Shown here piece by piece: positions 1 to 8,858 of a stretch of 64,000 nt of DNA. Below the pieces are notes generated by a model, which saw only the letters and a list, made by a program, of their open reading frames with translations, ran no database searches and was not told the origin of the DNA. Origin of the DNA: Candidatus Latescibacterota bacterium (GTDB lineage: Bacteria > Latescibacterota > UBA2968 > UBA8231); NCBI GenBank assembly GCA_965215195.1, contig CBDCDC010000001.1, forward strand, positions 640,001-704,000, given 5' to 3'. Numbering within the stretch: position 1 is the first letter of the stretch; each line of letters starts with the position of its first letter. A program made the position numbers and the translations under genes.

Positions 1-1067
1 GCGAGCGCGTGGATCTCGACATGTTTCTCGCCACCGGCGATCTCGCGCACAACCCCTACGTGCGCATGGGCGACGTGGTCCACGTCTCGTTTCGCAAGCA
101 TTCGGTGCATATCTTCGGCGCGGTCAACGAAGAGGGCGAATACGAGTTCCTGCCCGGGGACACCCTCGGCGACCTCGTGACATTGGCCAGGGGCTTGCAC
201 CGCTCCAAGCCCCTGATCAGCGCCGAACTCTGGCGCTTTCAGGAGGGAACCGAGCAGGCCGAAGTCATCGAACTGAGCGGCGACAAAGAAGCAATGGAGG
301 AGTTAGACTACGAGAAAATCCGCCACATTGCGCTACGCCCCAACGACGCGGTCTTCATCCGCGCACGGTCGCTGTGGCAGTCCACGCACACGGTCGTGAT
401 CTCTGGCGAGGTCGCTTTCCAAGGCCGCTACCGCATCGAACCCGGCGTCACCCGCGTCAAGGACGTGGTAGCCGCGGCCGGCGGCCTAACCGGCGAGGCG
501 TCGCTCATCGGCGCCCGAGTGATCCGCACCAAGGTACGGGCCGAGAGAGACCCCCAGCTAGAGCAGCTAAAGAGACAGAGCGAGGTGGCTGGCCTCATCT
601 ACATGAACATTGAGGATAGGGCCTATCTCAAGACCAAAACGCGCGAGGAAAAGGGGCGGGTCGCCGTCGATTTCGAGCGGCTGTTTGTCCATGGCGACGA
701 GGGGCAAAACATCCTGCTCGCCAGCGGCGACGTGATCTTTTTCCCCATGCAGCGGCACACCATCAGCGTCAGTGGCCAAGTGCAACGAGCCGGGCTGATC
801 GACTACGAGCCAAGCCGCGACGTGCGCTACTACATAGCCAAGGCCGGCGGGTACTTATACGACGCCGACAAACGCAATGCCCGTCTAGTCCGGGCGCGCA
901 CGGGTGTGCGCGAGAAACTCAAAGACAACCTGCTAGTTGAGGTCGGCGACGAAATATGGGTGCCCCAAAAGGAGCGCATCAACTACTTGGTATTCTTCCA
1001 AGAGACTGTGCGCACCGCCGCTAGTGTCCTCGCCCTCGTACTCGCGGTGCAGACGGTGTCGCGGTAG
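1..1067 (+). CDS. SLBB-domain polysaccharide export protein (Wza/KpsD-like), 5'-partial
   Basis: Repeated SLBB motifs (VHIFGAVNEEGEY, VVISGEVAFQGRY, ISVSGQVQRAGLI..YIAKAGG) and a C-terminal amphipathic helix; frame is open to the window edge; followed by a Wzz-like gene. Confidence 0.85.
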   Translation, partial: ERVDLDMFLATGDLAHNPYVRMGDVVHVSFRKHSVHIFGAVNEEGEYEFLPGDTLGDLVTLARGLHRSKPLISAELWRFQEGTEQAEVIELSGDKEAMEELDYEKIRHIALRPNDAVFIRARSLWQSTHTVVISGEVAFQGRYRIEPGVTRVKDVVAAAGGLTGEASLIGARVIRTKVRAERDPQLEQLKRQSEVAGLIYMNIEDRAYLKTKTREEKGRVAVDFERLFVHGDEGQNILLASGDVIFFPMQRHTISVSGQVQRAGLIDYEPSRDVRYYIAKAGGYLYDADKRNARLVRARTGVREKLKDNLLVEVGDEIWVPQKERINYLVFFQETVRTAASVLALVLAVQTVSR

Positions 1068-1112
1068 TAATGGACCAAGCCCGCCGCCATCTCGCCCTCG
1101 TACTCGCGGTGC
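1029..1112. repeat. 22-bp direct repeat duplicating the 3' end of the SLBB gene
   Basis: ctcgccctcgtactcgcggtgc at 1029-1050 and 1091-1112. Confidence 0.85.
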
Positions 1113-1150
1113 GGTCTCTTTAGACAAAGAATCCCAAGGAGCACTACTGG

Positions 1151-2317
1151 ATGAATACCCGCAAAAAAGAAATCGACATCATCGATCTGCTAACGGCGCT
1201 CCACGCGGGCCGCTGGCTGATCATCGGCGGCACCTTGGCCATCTGCGTCTTGGCCGGTGGCCTCAGCTTCCTCTTGCCAAAGGAATACGAGGCCACCGTG
1301 CAAATTCTGCCCCCCCGCGAGGAGAAGCAGAGTTTCGGTTTTTCCAGCCTGCTCTCCTCCTTGCCCATACCCACCTTGCGCCTCGGGGAAAGGGGTACGC
1401 CGGCTGACATTTCGCTCGCGACCATCAAGAGCTTGACGACGCGGCGGCGGATGGTCGAGAAATTTGGCTTGATGCAGCGCTACGAGTCTCGCACCCTGAC
1501 CGACGCGCTCGAAACCCTCGCCGACCAAACCACGGCCGACATGACCGAAGAGGGCATGCTCGCAGTCTCAGTACTCGACCCAGATCCGCAGATGGCCGCG
1601 GACATGGCCAATTATTACATCGTCTTGCTCGATAGCACCAACAAGCACTTCTCGCACAAGACCGCTTCCGAGCGCTTGGATTTTATCCGCAGGCTTTTGC
1701 AAGAAGAGGATAAAAAGCTAGAGGACAAGATGAAGCGGCTGGAGCAGTTCCAGTCCGAGCACAACGCCATCTCGATCGCCGACCAAGCCCGCGCGGTGAT
1801 TCTGACTGCCACCTCCATGCAGACCGCCGCAATGGAGCTCGCAATTGAGCGCCAACGGCTTATGCAATCTGGTCTAGGCCGCGGCCACGACAAGGTCAAA
1901 AAGCTCGAGCGCGAAATTCTACTGCGGGAAGAGACCTTGGCTTTCTTGCGCGACGGCCTCAAACCCGCCGACAACAGCCTGCTGCAACTAAAGCTGGACG
2001 AAAACCTCTTCCTGCCGCTCAAGCAGATCCCGAGCGTGGCCCAAGAGTACGCGAACTTAGAAAAGGACGTGCTCGTGCAGACGTCCCTTTTGCTGGTCCT
2101 GCTGCAACAGGAGGCCCAAGCCCTGATCGAGGCCAAGGACGCCACTTCGACCGTGCAGGTGCTCGACCCGGCCACGCCGCCCGAAATCAAGGCCAAGCCC
2201 CAGCGCATGCTAATCGTATTCATCGCCGGCCTACTCAGCCTCATCGCCTCATTCTCCTATGTGTTAGGGGCAGTGTACATGCGAGATCTGCAACAGCGCT
2301 GGCGCGAGCGGCGATGA
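1151..2317 (+). CDS. Wzz/GumC-family polysaccharide chain-length determinant
   Basis: N-terminal EIDIIDLL + TM + PKEYEAT, coiled-coil middle, C-terminal VQVLDPATPPEIKAKPQR + TM. Confidence 0.88.
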   Translation: MNTRKKEIDIIDLLTALHAGRWLIIGGTLAICVLAGGLSFLLPKEYEATVQILPPREEKQSFGFSSLLSSLPIPTLRLGERGTPADISLATIKSLTTRRRMVEKFGLMQRYESRTLTDALETLADQTTADMTEEGMLAVSVLDPDPQMAADMANYYIVLLDSTNKHFSHKTASERLDFIRRLLQEEDKKLEDKMKRLEQFQSEHNAISIADQARAVILTATSMQTAAMELAIERQRLMQSGLGRGHDKVKKLEREILLREETLAFLRDGLKPADNSLLQLKLDENLFLPLKQIPSVAQEYANLEKDVLVQTSLLLVLLQQEAQALIEAKDATSTVQVLDPATPPEIKAKPQRMLIVFIAGLLSLIASFSYVLGAVYMRDLQQRWRERR

Positions 2318-2751
2318 CTATTCAAGTGAAGGTCATCAACAAGGGGGGCCAACCGCTGCCCACCTATGAGACGGCGCACAGCGCCGGCCTCGACTTGCAC
2401 GCGGCCTTGTCAAAAGCAGTGGTCTTAGCGTCCGGCGAGCGCACCCTCATTCCCACGGGCCTATTCCTCGAAATCCCCCCGGGCTACGAAGCGCAGGTCA
2501 GGCCGCGCAGTGGTTTGGCCCTCAAGCGCGGCCTGACCCTGCTCAACGCCCCGGGCACAATCGACGCCGACTACCGGGGCGAAGTCGGCGTCATTGTGGT
2601 CAACCTTTCGGCCGAGGACCAGCGCATCGCCCCGGGCGACCGCATCGCCCAGCTCATTTTCGCGCCGGTGACGCGCGGCGAGTGGATCGAGGCCGAGACG
2701 CTCGCTACAACCGAGCGCGGCCGCGGCGGCTTTGGCTCGACCGGGGTGTAG
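2314..2751 (+). CDS. dut: dUTP diphosphatase
   Basis: Motifs AGLDL, RPRSGLA, GTIDADYRGEV, GDRIAQL, RGRGGFGSTG; ATGA overlap with the upstream gene. Confidence 0.97.
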   Translation: MTIQVKVINKGGQPLPTYETAHSAGLDLHAALSKAVVLASGERTLIPTGLFLEIPPGYEAQVRPRSGLALKRGLTLLNAPGTIDADYRGEVGVIVVNLSAEDQRIAPGDRIAQLIFAPVTRGEWIEAETLATTERGRGGFGSTGV

Positions 2752-2781
2752 CTTGCCGGAAAGCATCTGTACCAATGAATT

Positions 2782-2815
2782 GGCCGCTGGGTCCCACAAC
2801 CCGGCGGCCTTTTTT
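2782..2815 (+). terminator. Intrinsic terminator after dut
   Basis: Stem ggccgctggg / cccggcggcc followed by T6. Confidence 0.8.
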
Positions 2816-2866
2816 GTGAGCCGAGCCGACGCCCGGCCGCAAGAAAAGGGACGATGGGGCCTTTTA

Positions 2867-2903
2867 CCATGAAAATTCGGACTTGTATTCCGAATTTTCA
2901 TGG
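2867..2903. repeat. Perfect 15-bp inverted repeat with 7-nt loop
   Basis: ccatgaaaattcgga-cttgtat-tccgaattttcatgg. Confidence 0.9.
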
Positions 2904-3002
2904 GAGACCATCGAACAACTCAGTGTGCAGATGATCAATTCGCGTGAGCAGTAGCTAGGAGTCATCGCGCCGCGTCGTCCAACTACAATAAAAAAAACAA
3001 AC

Positions 3003-3597
3003 ATGGAACGCGTTTATTTTACGCCTTGGATCGGCGACAACTACCGGAGTGGTCGTCGTTTTGGAAAACGAGTACTCGTTCTTGGCGAATCGCATTATGA
3101 GTGGGACGAAGGTACGCCGCGATTACGACCCAATCTGACAATTCAGTGTATCGAAGAGCAGCTATCAGGTGAAGCAACTCATGCGTTCTGGACGAAAATT
3201 GCTATCGCGTTATTGAACAAGCATCCTTCCATCGAGGACAAAAGAGAGTTTTGGCATTCCGTTGCTTTTTACAGCTACATTCAGGAGAGCGTTGGTTTTG
3301 GAGCACACAAACCTCCCACCAAGGAGATGTGGAACAGAGCCCCTGAAGCGTTCAACAAAGTGCTTTCTGAACTTTGCCCTCAATTTATCGCAGTACTTGG
3401 CTATCGATTGTGGGAAAAAATTCCAGAAGATGGCTCACAAGGGCCGACGGTAAGCGATGCTCGCGGCAATGACGTACACATTTGGTGCTGGGAAGGCATG
3501 GGCGTTTCGGATGATGCATCCGTCGGGATCGTTCAGTTCTCGGAGTTGGCATACCCCTTTGATGCAAGCACTTAAGCGTACGCCGGGTTCACACTAA
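3003..3597 (+). pseudogene. Uracil-DNA-glycosylase-like superfamily protein, frameshifted near 3455-3490
   Basis: N-terminal PWIG..VLVLGESHY and PQFIAVLGYRLW; the family-like C-terminal HPS motif (TYTFGAGKAWAFRMMHPSGSFSSRSWH) is in the +1 frame and ends TAA at 3595-3597. Confidence 0.6.
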
Positions 3598-3714
3598 TGC
3601 GCTCTACCGCAGGCTCTCGACTACAATGGTGTCCAGAAGCATTGTCAAGAAGAATGACGATTTGGTAGTGGACCAATTTGAAACTCTAATGGTAATAAAG
3701 GAGTATCCATGTCA

Positions 3715-4068
3715 CTACCTACGATTTTGTTTGGGAAACAGATAATTTACTATGATGGCGAGCAATCCAATGACTTTGACCGTCGTACCTGCAATTAAAG
3801 CAATAAGCACTCCATCCGGGAGGGCAAAATCGCCTACGTTAAATCCAGAAAAAAAGAGAACTGTGGATAGTATCATGAGCCATCCGACAACGAGGAAGTA
3901 TATCAAATATCCGTATTTCTTGCGATTTTCTATATTTTGCTCATCGCTTCGATTGTTCAATTTTATACGTTCAAGTTCAGCCTCGGCAATCTGTTGTTCG
4001 ATGTTATCCTCGCCTGTGCTCTCTCCCGGGGGGATACGCCTTAATTTATTTTTTTCCTCGTCTGTCAT
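3715..4068 (-). CDS. Small coiled-coil + two-TM membrane protein; candidate toxin partner of the Panacea gene
   Basis: Charged N-terminus then two hydrophobic helices; ATGA overlap with the Panacea gene; low GC. Confidence 0.65.
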   Translation of the reverse strand: MTDEEKNKLRRIPPGESTGEDNIEQQIAEAELERIKLNNRSDEQNIENRKKYGYLIYFLVVGWLMILSTVLFFSGFNVGDFALPDGVLIALIAGTTVKVIGLLAIIVNYLFPKQNRR

Positions 4069-4559
4069 AGAAGGCGTTCCTTATAGTATTTTTCTATAAG
4101 AGCATTATCTATATTAGCATTTTTTATTGGATCCACCTTTTTGCGTATTTGACTCCAAGGGCTACCTTCTTCATGTGTCATAGCAGACAACTCACCGGCA
4201 CTAAAGCGGCCATATAGTTCCCATATCCGGTTGAGAAAAGCAATGGTACGCTCATCATCAGGCTTGATGCGGGGTATGTGGCTATCCCATTTTTTAAGAA
4301 AATAAGTCCACGCTAATGCCGGTTCAAGGATTGGCCCTGAACCAAATCGCTTGAATTCGTGATAGATAGAGGGAAAGACCGGCCCATATTTCCATGCTTC
4401 AGCCAACTCATCTTGGACAAGGGGTTCCCCATAAAGGGCCAAATGCCAACTATGAGCAATATAGACCAACTTTTGAATCTTTAACGGCGAAATAGCCTTT
4501 TTGGCCGAAAGTTCGAAGAAGTAGTTGGCGATCTCCTTTGCTGAGTATGAGTATTCCAT
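4065..4559 (-). CDS. Panacea-domain (DUF4065/SocA-like) antitoxin
   Basis: IANYF..SPLKIQKLVYIAH..EAWKYGPVFPSIYHEFK..YGRFSAGELSAMTHEEGSPW signature. Confidence 0.9.
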   Translation of the reverse strand: MEYSYSAKEIANYFFELSAKKAISPLKIQKLVYIAHSWHLALYGEPLVQDELAEAWKYGPVFPSIYHEFKRFGSGPILEPALAWTYFLKKWDSHIPRIKPDDERTIAFLNRIWELYGRFSAGELSAMTHEEGSPWSQIRKKVDPIKNANIDNALIEKYYKERLL

Positions 4560-4667
4560 GTCCCTTTCTCCTATTCAAAGGATCATATAATGAACAAATG
4601 AATACCCTTTAACCGCGTCAACACGTTTCGTATGTATCTATTTTGCATATCTATGGAATAACGCGGT

Positions 4668-4937
4668 TTAAGCCGCGCCCCCAGCCAATGCCGGCAAGAA
4701 GTGGACCTCGCTTTGCGGCCCCACCTTGGCCCGCAACCCGGCCGCGACGATTTCGCCATCCACCGCAACGGCGATCTCGGTCTTGATGCGGTCGCCGTCG
4801 AGAATCCGCTCCTTGAACTTAGGGTAGCGGGCGTCGAGCGCGGCAATGACCTCGCGCACGGTCGCGCCCTCTACCTCTACTTGCTGCTGACCGTCGGTCA
4901 GCTTTTGCATCAGCGAAGGAATCCAAACTACGGGCAT
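4668..4937 (-). CDS. MoaD/ThiS-family sulfur carrier
   Basis: Ubiquitin-like fold; VEVEGATVREVIAALDARYP; ends PALAGGAA. Confidence 0.85.
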   Translation of the reverse strand: MPVVWIPSLMQKLTDGQQQVEVEGATVREVIAALDARYPKFKERILDGDRIKTEIAVAVDGEIVAAGLRAKVGPQSEVHFLPALAGGAA

Positions 4938-4943
4938 GATGGG

Positions 4944-7223
4944 CTAACCGGCGGCCTGTGCGGCCCGTTCCTCGTGCGCCTGCAACGCAGCGACAATGCG
5001 GTCGGGCTTCATGGGCAATTCCTGTGGACGCACGCCCACGGCATCCTCAATGGCCGCGGCGATGGCCGCGGGCGGCGGGGCAATGTTGGCCTCGCCAACG
5101 CCGCGCACTCCGTAGGGATGGCCCGGGTTGGGGACCTCGACGATGATGGTCTCAATCATCGGCAGGTCGAGGCTGGTCGGGATCCGGTAGTCGAGATAGC
5201 TGGAGTTGTCGAGGTGGCCGTCGCGATTGTAGAAGTACTCCTCGTTGAGGGCCCAGCCAATGCCTTGGGCCGAGCCGCCCTGCATCTGGCCCTCGACGTA
5301 CGCCGGGTGAATGGCCCGGCCAGCGTCTTGGACGACCGTAAAGCGCACAATCTCGACCTTGCCGGTCTCGGGATCCACCTCGACATCGGCGATATTGGCC
5401 GCAAAGGAGCCGCCAACGCCCGAGTCTGGATTCACGGTGGCGCGGCCAATGACCGGGCCGCCGGTCTCTTCGAGTCGGCCGGCCAGTTCCTTAAAGGTCA
5501 GCGCGTTATCGCCAGCACGGAAGACGCCCTCGGCAAACTCGACTTGGCTTACTTCAACCTCCCAGAGCTGAGCCGCACGCTCGCAGAGCTGGTCCCGCAC
5601 GTCGAGGGCGGCCTTGTACGCGGCCCAGCCAGTGGCGTACGTCACCCGGCTGCCGCCGGTTACGTCCGTGTGGCCAATTGAGTCCGTGTCGCCCACCTGC
5701 GGTTTGACGTCTTCGGCCCGCAAGCCCAAGGTCTCGGCAAACTGCATGGCGACCGACGTGCGCGTACCGCCGATGTCGGTCGAACCCTCGACTAAGCTGA
5801 CCGTGCCGTCTGAGTTGACGCTGGCCGTGCAAGAGGACTTCAGCCCGACGTTGAACCAATAGCCGACCGAGATGCCGCGCCCTCGGTTGGGGCTAGCGGG
5901 TGCTGGACTCTGGTAGTGCTCCGAATTGGCGATGGCCTCCAACACCTCCTTGCAGCCCATCTTAGGATACACCACGCCGTCAATGCGGCGAGTGCCGGTC
6001 GTCGCGCTGTTTTTGCGCCGGATCGCCAGCGGCGCCATCCCCAATTCAGCGGCCAGCAGATCGACCACGTGCTCGGTGGCGAAGGCCACCTGCGTCGAAC
6101 CCGGGGCGCGATACGCAAAACTGCGCGGCTTGTTGACCACTACGTCATAGCAGTCGATCCGGCCATCGGGTATGTCGTAGCACGAGAACACGCACATCGC
6201 GGCCGCGCCGACCAAGCCGCCGGGATACGCCCCAGACTCAAAGGCGATGTAGGCGTCGGCAGCCACGATCTTGCCGCTTTTGTCAGCACCCATCTTGATC
6301 TTGATGTACGACCCGGGCGTCGGGCCGGTGCTCTCAAAGACGGCCGGCCGGGTCATCACCATCTTGACGGGTTGGCCGGTCGCCTTGGAGAGCAAAGCGG
6401 CGACCGGCTCCAAGTAAATCGGGATTTTGCCGCCAAAGCCGCCGCCGATTTCCTGGGGCACGACCTTGATCTTGGAAATGGGCATGTCCAAGACCGCGCC
6501 GACTTGGGCACGCGCGGTGAACGAACCTTGGGTGCTGGTCCAGATCGTCAGTTGGCCATCGGCGTTCCAACTCGCCGTGGCGTTGTGCGGCTCAATGTAC
6601 CCTTGATGCACGGTGGCGGTCTGGAACTCGCGCTCTACAATCACGTCGGCCTCGGCAAAGGCTTTGTGCGGGTCGCCGAGCTTGTGCTCAAAGTGAGTGG
6701 CGAGGTTGCTCTTGCGGCCCGTGTCTTCCCCAAACTCTTGGGTGGTCATGTCGTCGTGGAGCTGGGGCGCACCCTCCTGCATGGCCTCGCGCACGTCGAG
6801 CACTGGCTCTAGGACCTCGTACTCAACTTCGATCAGGTCGAGTGCCTCTTCGGCAATATGGACGCTAGTAGCGGCTACCGCGGCGATTGGATGCCCGCTG
6901 TACAGGGCCTTATCCGTGGCCAGCACATTGTCGCGCAGGTATTTGAGCCGGGCCGGGCCTTCGCCGAGATCGACGACTTGGTCTCCGGCGTCGGGCAAAT
7001 CACGGCCAATGAGAACGGCCTTTACTCCGGGCAGGGCGGCGGCCTTAGCAGTGTCTATGGACTTGATGCAGGCATGGGCGTGGGGCGAGCGCAGGACCTG
7101 TCCGTAGAGCAAGCCGGCCAACCGGGTGTCGCCGCCGTAAATGGCGCGCCCAGTGACCTTATCGACGCCGTCGTGGCGGATGGGGCGAGTGCCAATGACT
7201 TTATAGCCATTCGTGGCAGACAT
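4944..7223 (-). CDS. Xanthine dehydrogenase-family molybdopterin-binding large subunit
   Basis: DKVTGRAIY, RSPHAHA, GGGFGGK, AYRAPG, EGQMQGG..QGIGWAL, GVGE motifs. Confidence 0.93.
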   Translation of the reverse strand: MSATNGYKVIGTRPIRHDGVDKVTGRAIYGGDTRLAGLLYGQVLRSPHAHACIKSIDTAKAAALPGVKAVLIGRDLPDAGDQVVDLGEGPARLKYLRDNVLATDKALYSGHPIAAVAATSVHIAEEALDLIEVEYEVLEPVLDVREAMQEGAPQLHDDMTTQEFGEDTGRKSNLATHFEHKLGDPHKAFAEADVIVEREFQTATVHQGYIEPHNATASWNADGQLTIWTSTQGSFTARAQVGAVLDMPISKIKVVPQEIGGGFGGKIPIYLEPVAALLSKATGQPVKMVMTRPAVFESTGPTPGSYIKIKMGADKSGKIVAADAYIAFESGAYPGGLVGAAAMCVFSCYDIPDGRIDCYDVVVNKPRSFAYRAPGSTQVAFATEHVVDLLAAELGMAPLAIRRKNSATTGTRRIDGVVYPKMGCKEVLEAIANSEHYQSPAPASPNRGRGISVGYWFNVGLKSSCTASVNSDGTVSLVEGSTDIGGTRTSVAMQFAETLGLRAEDVKPQVGDTDSIGHTDVTGGSRVTYATGWAAYKAALDVRDQLCERAAQLWEVEVSQVEFAEGVFRAGDNALTFKELAGRLEETGGPVIGRATVNPDSGVGGSFAANIADVEVDPETGKVEIVRFTVVQDAGRAIHPAYVEGQMQGGSAQGIGWALNEEYFYNRDGHLDNSSYLDYRIPTSLDLPMIETIIVEVPNPGHPYGVRGVGEANIAPPPAAIAAAIEDAVGVRPQELPMKPDRIVAALQAHEERAAQAAG

Positions 7224-7243
7224 GGCGTTCCTCCTCGTTGGGT

Positions 7244-7723
7244 TCAGGCGCTTTGGCGCACTTCCTCAGCCGCGTCGAGGACGGCGCGGACGATCTTGTC
7301 GTAGCCCGTGCAGCGGCACAAGTTGCCAGCCAGCCAGTGCCGCACCTCGTGCTCGGAAGGGTTGGGGTTGTAGTCGAGCAGGGCCTTAGAGGCCACCAAA
7401 AATCCCGGGGTGCAAATACCGCATTGGAGCGCGGCGTGTTCGAGGAATTTCTGCTGTACCGGATGCAGGCTATCCGGGCGGGCAAGGCCCTCGACTGTGT
7501 CTATCGCCTTGCCCGCGGCCTCGACGGCCAGCATCAGACAAGAATCCACGAGGACGCCGTCGACGGCGATGGAGCATGCGCCGCAGTTGCCGTCGTTGCA
7601 GCCCTCTTTGGTGCCGGTGAAGCCGAGCGTCTCGCGCAATACTTCGAGCAGGCTTTGGCGCGGTTCGCAGAGAAATTCGGTCGGCTCTCCGTTGATCGTG
7701 GTCTGGACGTGTGTTTTGCTCAT
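7244..7723 (-). CDS. (2Fe-2S)-binding small subunit (CoxS/XdhC-like)
   Basis: GTKEGCNDGNCGACS, QCGICTPGF, GNLCRCTGY. Confidence 0.95.
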   Translation of the reverse strand: MSKTHVQTTINGEPTEFLCEPRQSLLEVLRETLGFTGTKEGCNDGNCGACSIAVDGVLVDSCLMLAVEAAGKAIDTVEGLARPDSLHPVQQKFLEHAALQCGICTPGFLVASKALLDYNPNPSEHEVRHWLAGNLCRCTGYDKIVRAVLDAAEEVRQSA

Positions 7724-7779
7724 GTACCTTAACTCCGAATTTGGGCCGCCTGTTGCGGCGAGTGGACGTCTAATACCTT

Positions 7780-8688
7780 CTAGCCAGCCGCTTCCTGCAC
7801 GGCGTTGGCCACGAACTGGCCGCGGGCCCGGGCCACAGCACCCGCGAGTGTGCGCTTGACCAGCACCCCAACGAGGTGGGTGCGAAACTCGGCCGGGCCG
7901 CGCATATCGGAAATCGGCCGGGCCGCGCTCTGAGCCATTGCGGCAGCCGCTGCGATGGCCTCGTCTGAGACGGCTTGGCCCGCGAGGCTGTCGCCGGCCT
8001 CGCGAGCAAAAATCGGCGTGGGGCCGACCGCGGCGAGCGCAATGCGCACGGCCTTAAACTCCTTGCCGCGATTGGCCAAGCTGACATGGGAGGACACTCC
8101 GACGACGGCGATGTCCATCTCGTTGCGCGGAATGAAGCGCTGGTAGTGCGAGCCGGTGTTCTTCTTGGCAATCGGGATCTGGAGAGAGACCAAAATCTCG
8201 CCGGGTGCGAGTACGCTGCGGCCCGGGGCAGTGCAAAAATCCTCTACCGCGACTTGGCGCTTGCCGTCCGGCCCGGCGATGTGGCACACGGCCGAGTGGG
8301 TAATCAGGCTGGGGATCGTGTCCGCGCTGGGAGAGGCGTTGCACAAATTGCCGCCAAAGGTGGCGCGGCCCTGTATCTGGATGCCGCCGATAATGGCAGC
8401 CGAATCGACGAGCCCGGGATACCGCTCGACGATTGCCGGGTCATTGTACATGCGCCAGCAGGACACGGCCGCGCCGATGACCAAACCCCGGCGGGGGCCG
8501 TAGGAAAGCTCGTTGGCTTCGGGGACATTCTTGATGTCGATAATGCAGTCGGGCGCAAAACGCTTCCCGCGCAATTGGACGATCAAGTCGGTGCCACCGG
8601 CGAGGACGCGGGCGGCCTCGCCCTTTGCGGCCTTGAGGGCCACGGCCTCGCGCAACGTGCTAGGGGCGCAGTATGCAAAATCTTTCAA
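7780..8688 (-). CDS. FAD-binding medium subunit (CoxM/XdhB-like)
   Basis: LAGGTDL, ATFGGNLCNASPSAD, PISDMRGPAEFR; TTG start. Confidence 0.93.
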   Translation of the reverse strand: MKDFAYCAPSTLREAVALKAAKGEAARVLAGGTDLIVQLRGKRFAPDCIIDIKNVPEANELSYGPRRGLVIGAAVSCWRMYNDPAIVERYPGLVDSAAIIGGIQIQGRATFGGNLCNASPSADTIPSLITHSAVCHIAGPDGKRQVAVEDFCTAPGRSVLAPGEILVSLQIPIAKKNTGSHYQRFIPRNEMDIAVVGVSSHVSLANRGKEFKAVRIALAAVGPTPIFAREAGDSLAGQAVSDEAIAAAAAMAQSAARPISDMRGPAEFRTHLVGVLVKRTLAGAVARARGQFVANAVQEAAG

Positions 8689-8858
8689 GGAAAAGCCTCC
8701 TCGCTTGTAAGTGTTCGCTGCGTTCGCGCCTAATTATGGAACGCTCCACCCCTGCTGTCAAGAGCGGCAAAAGAGGCTGGATAGCTGGATTTTTTTTCGG
8801 GGAAACCCCGTCGTGAGGTGCTTCAATCCGCGGACGACTGAGCCGACGAGGATGCACC

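Noticed and set aside
2900-4660. Integron cassette array
   Set aside because: No integrase, no convincing attC sites, and mixed gene orientation
4944-8688. Aerobic CO dehydrogenase
   Set aside because: Loop is AYRAPG, not AYxCSFR or AYRGAGR; no coxDEFG accessory genes adjacent
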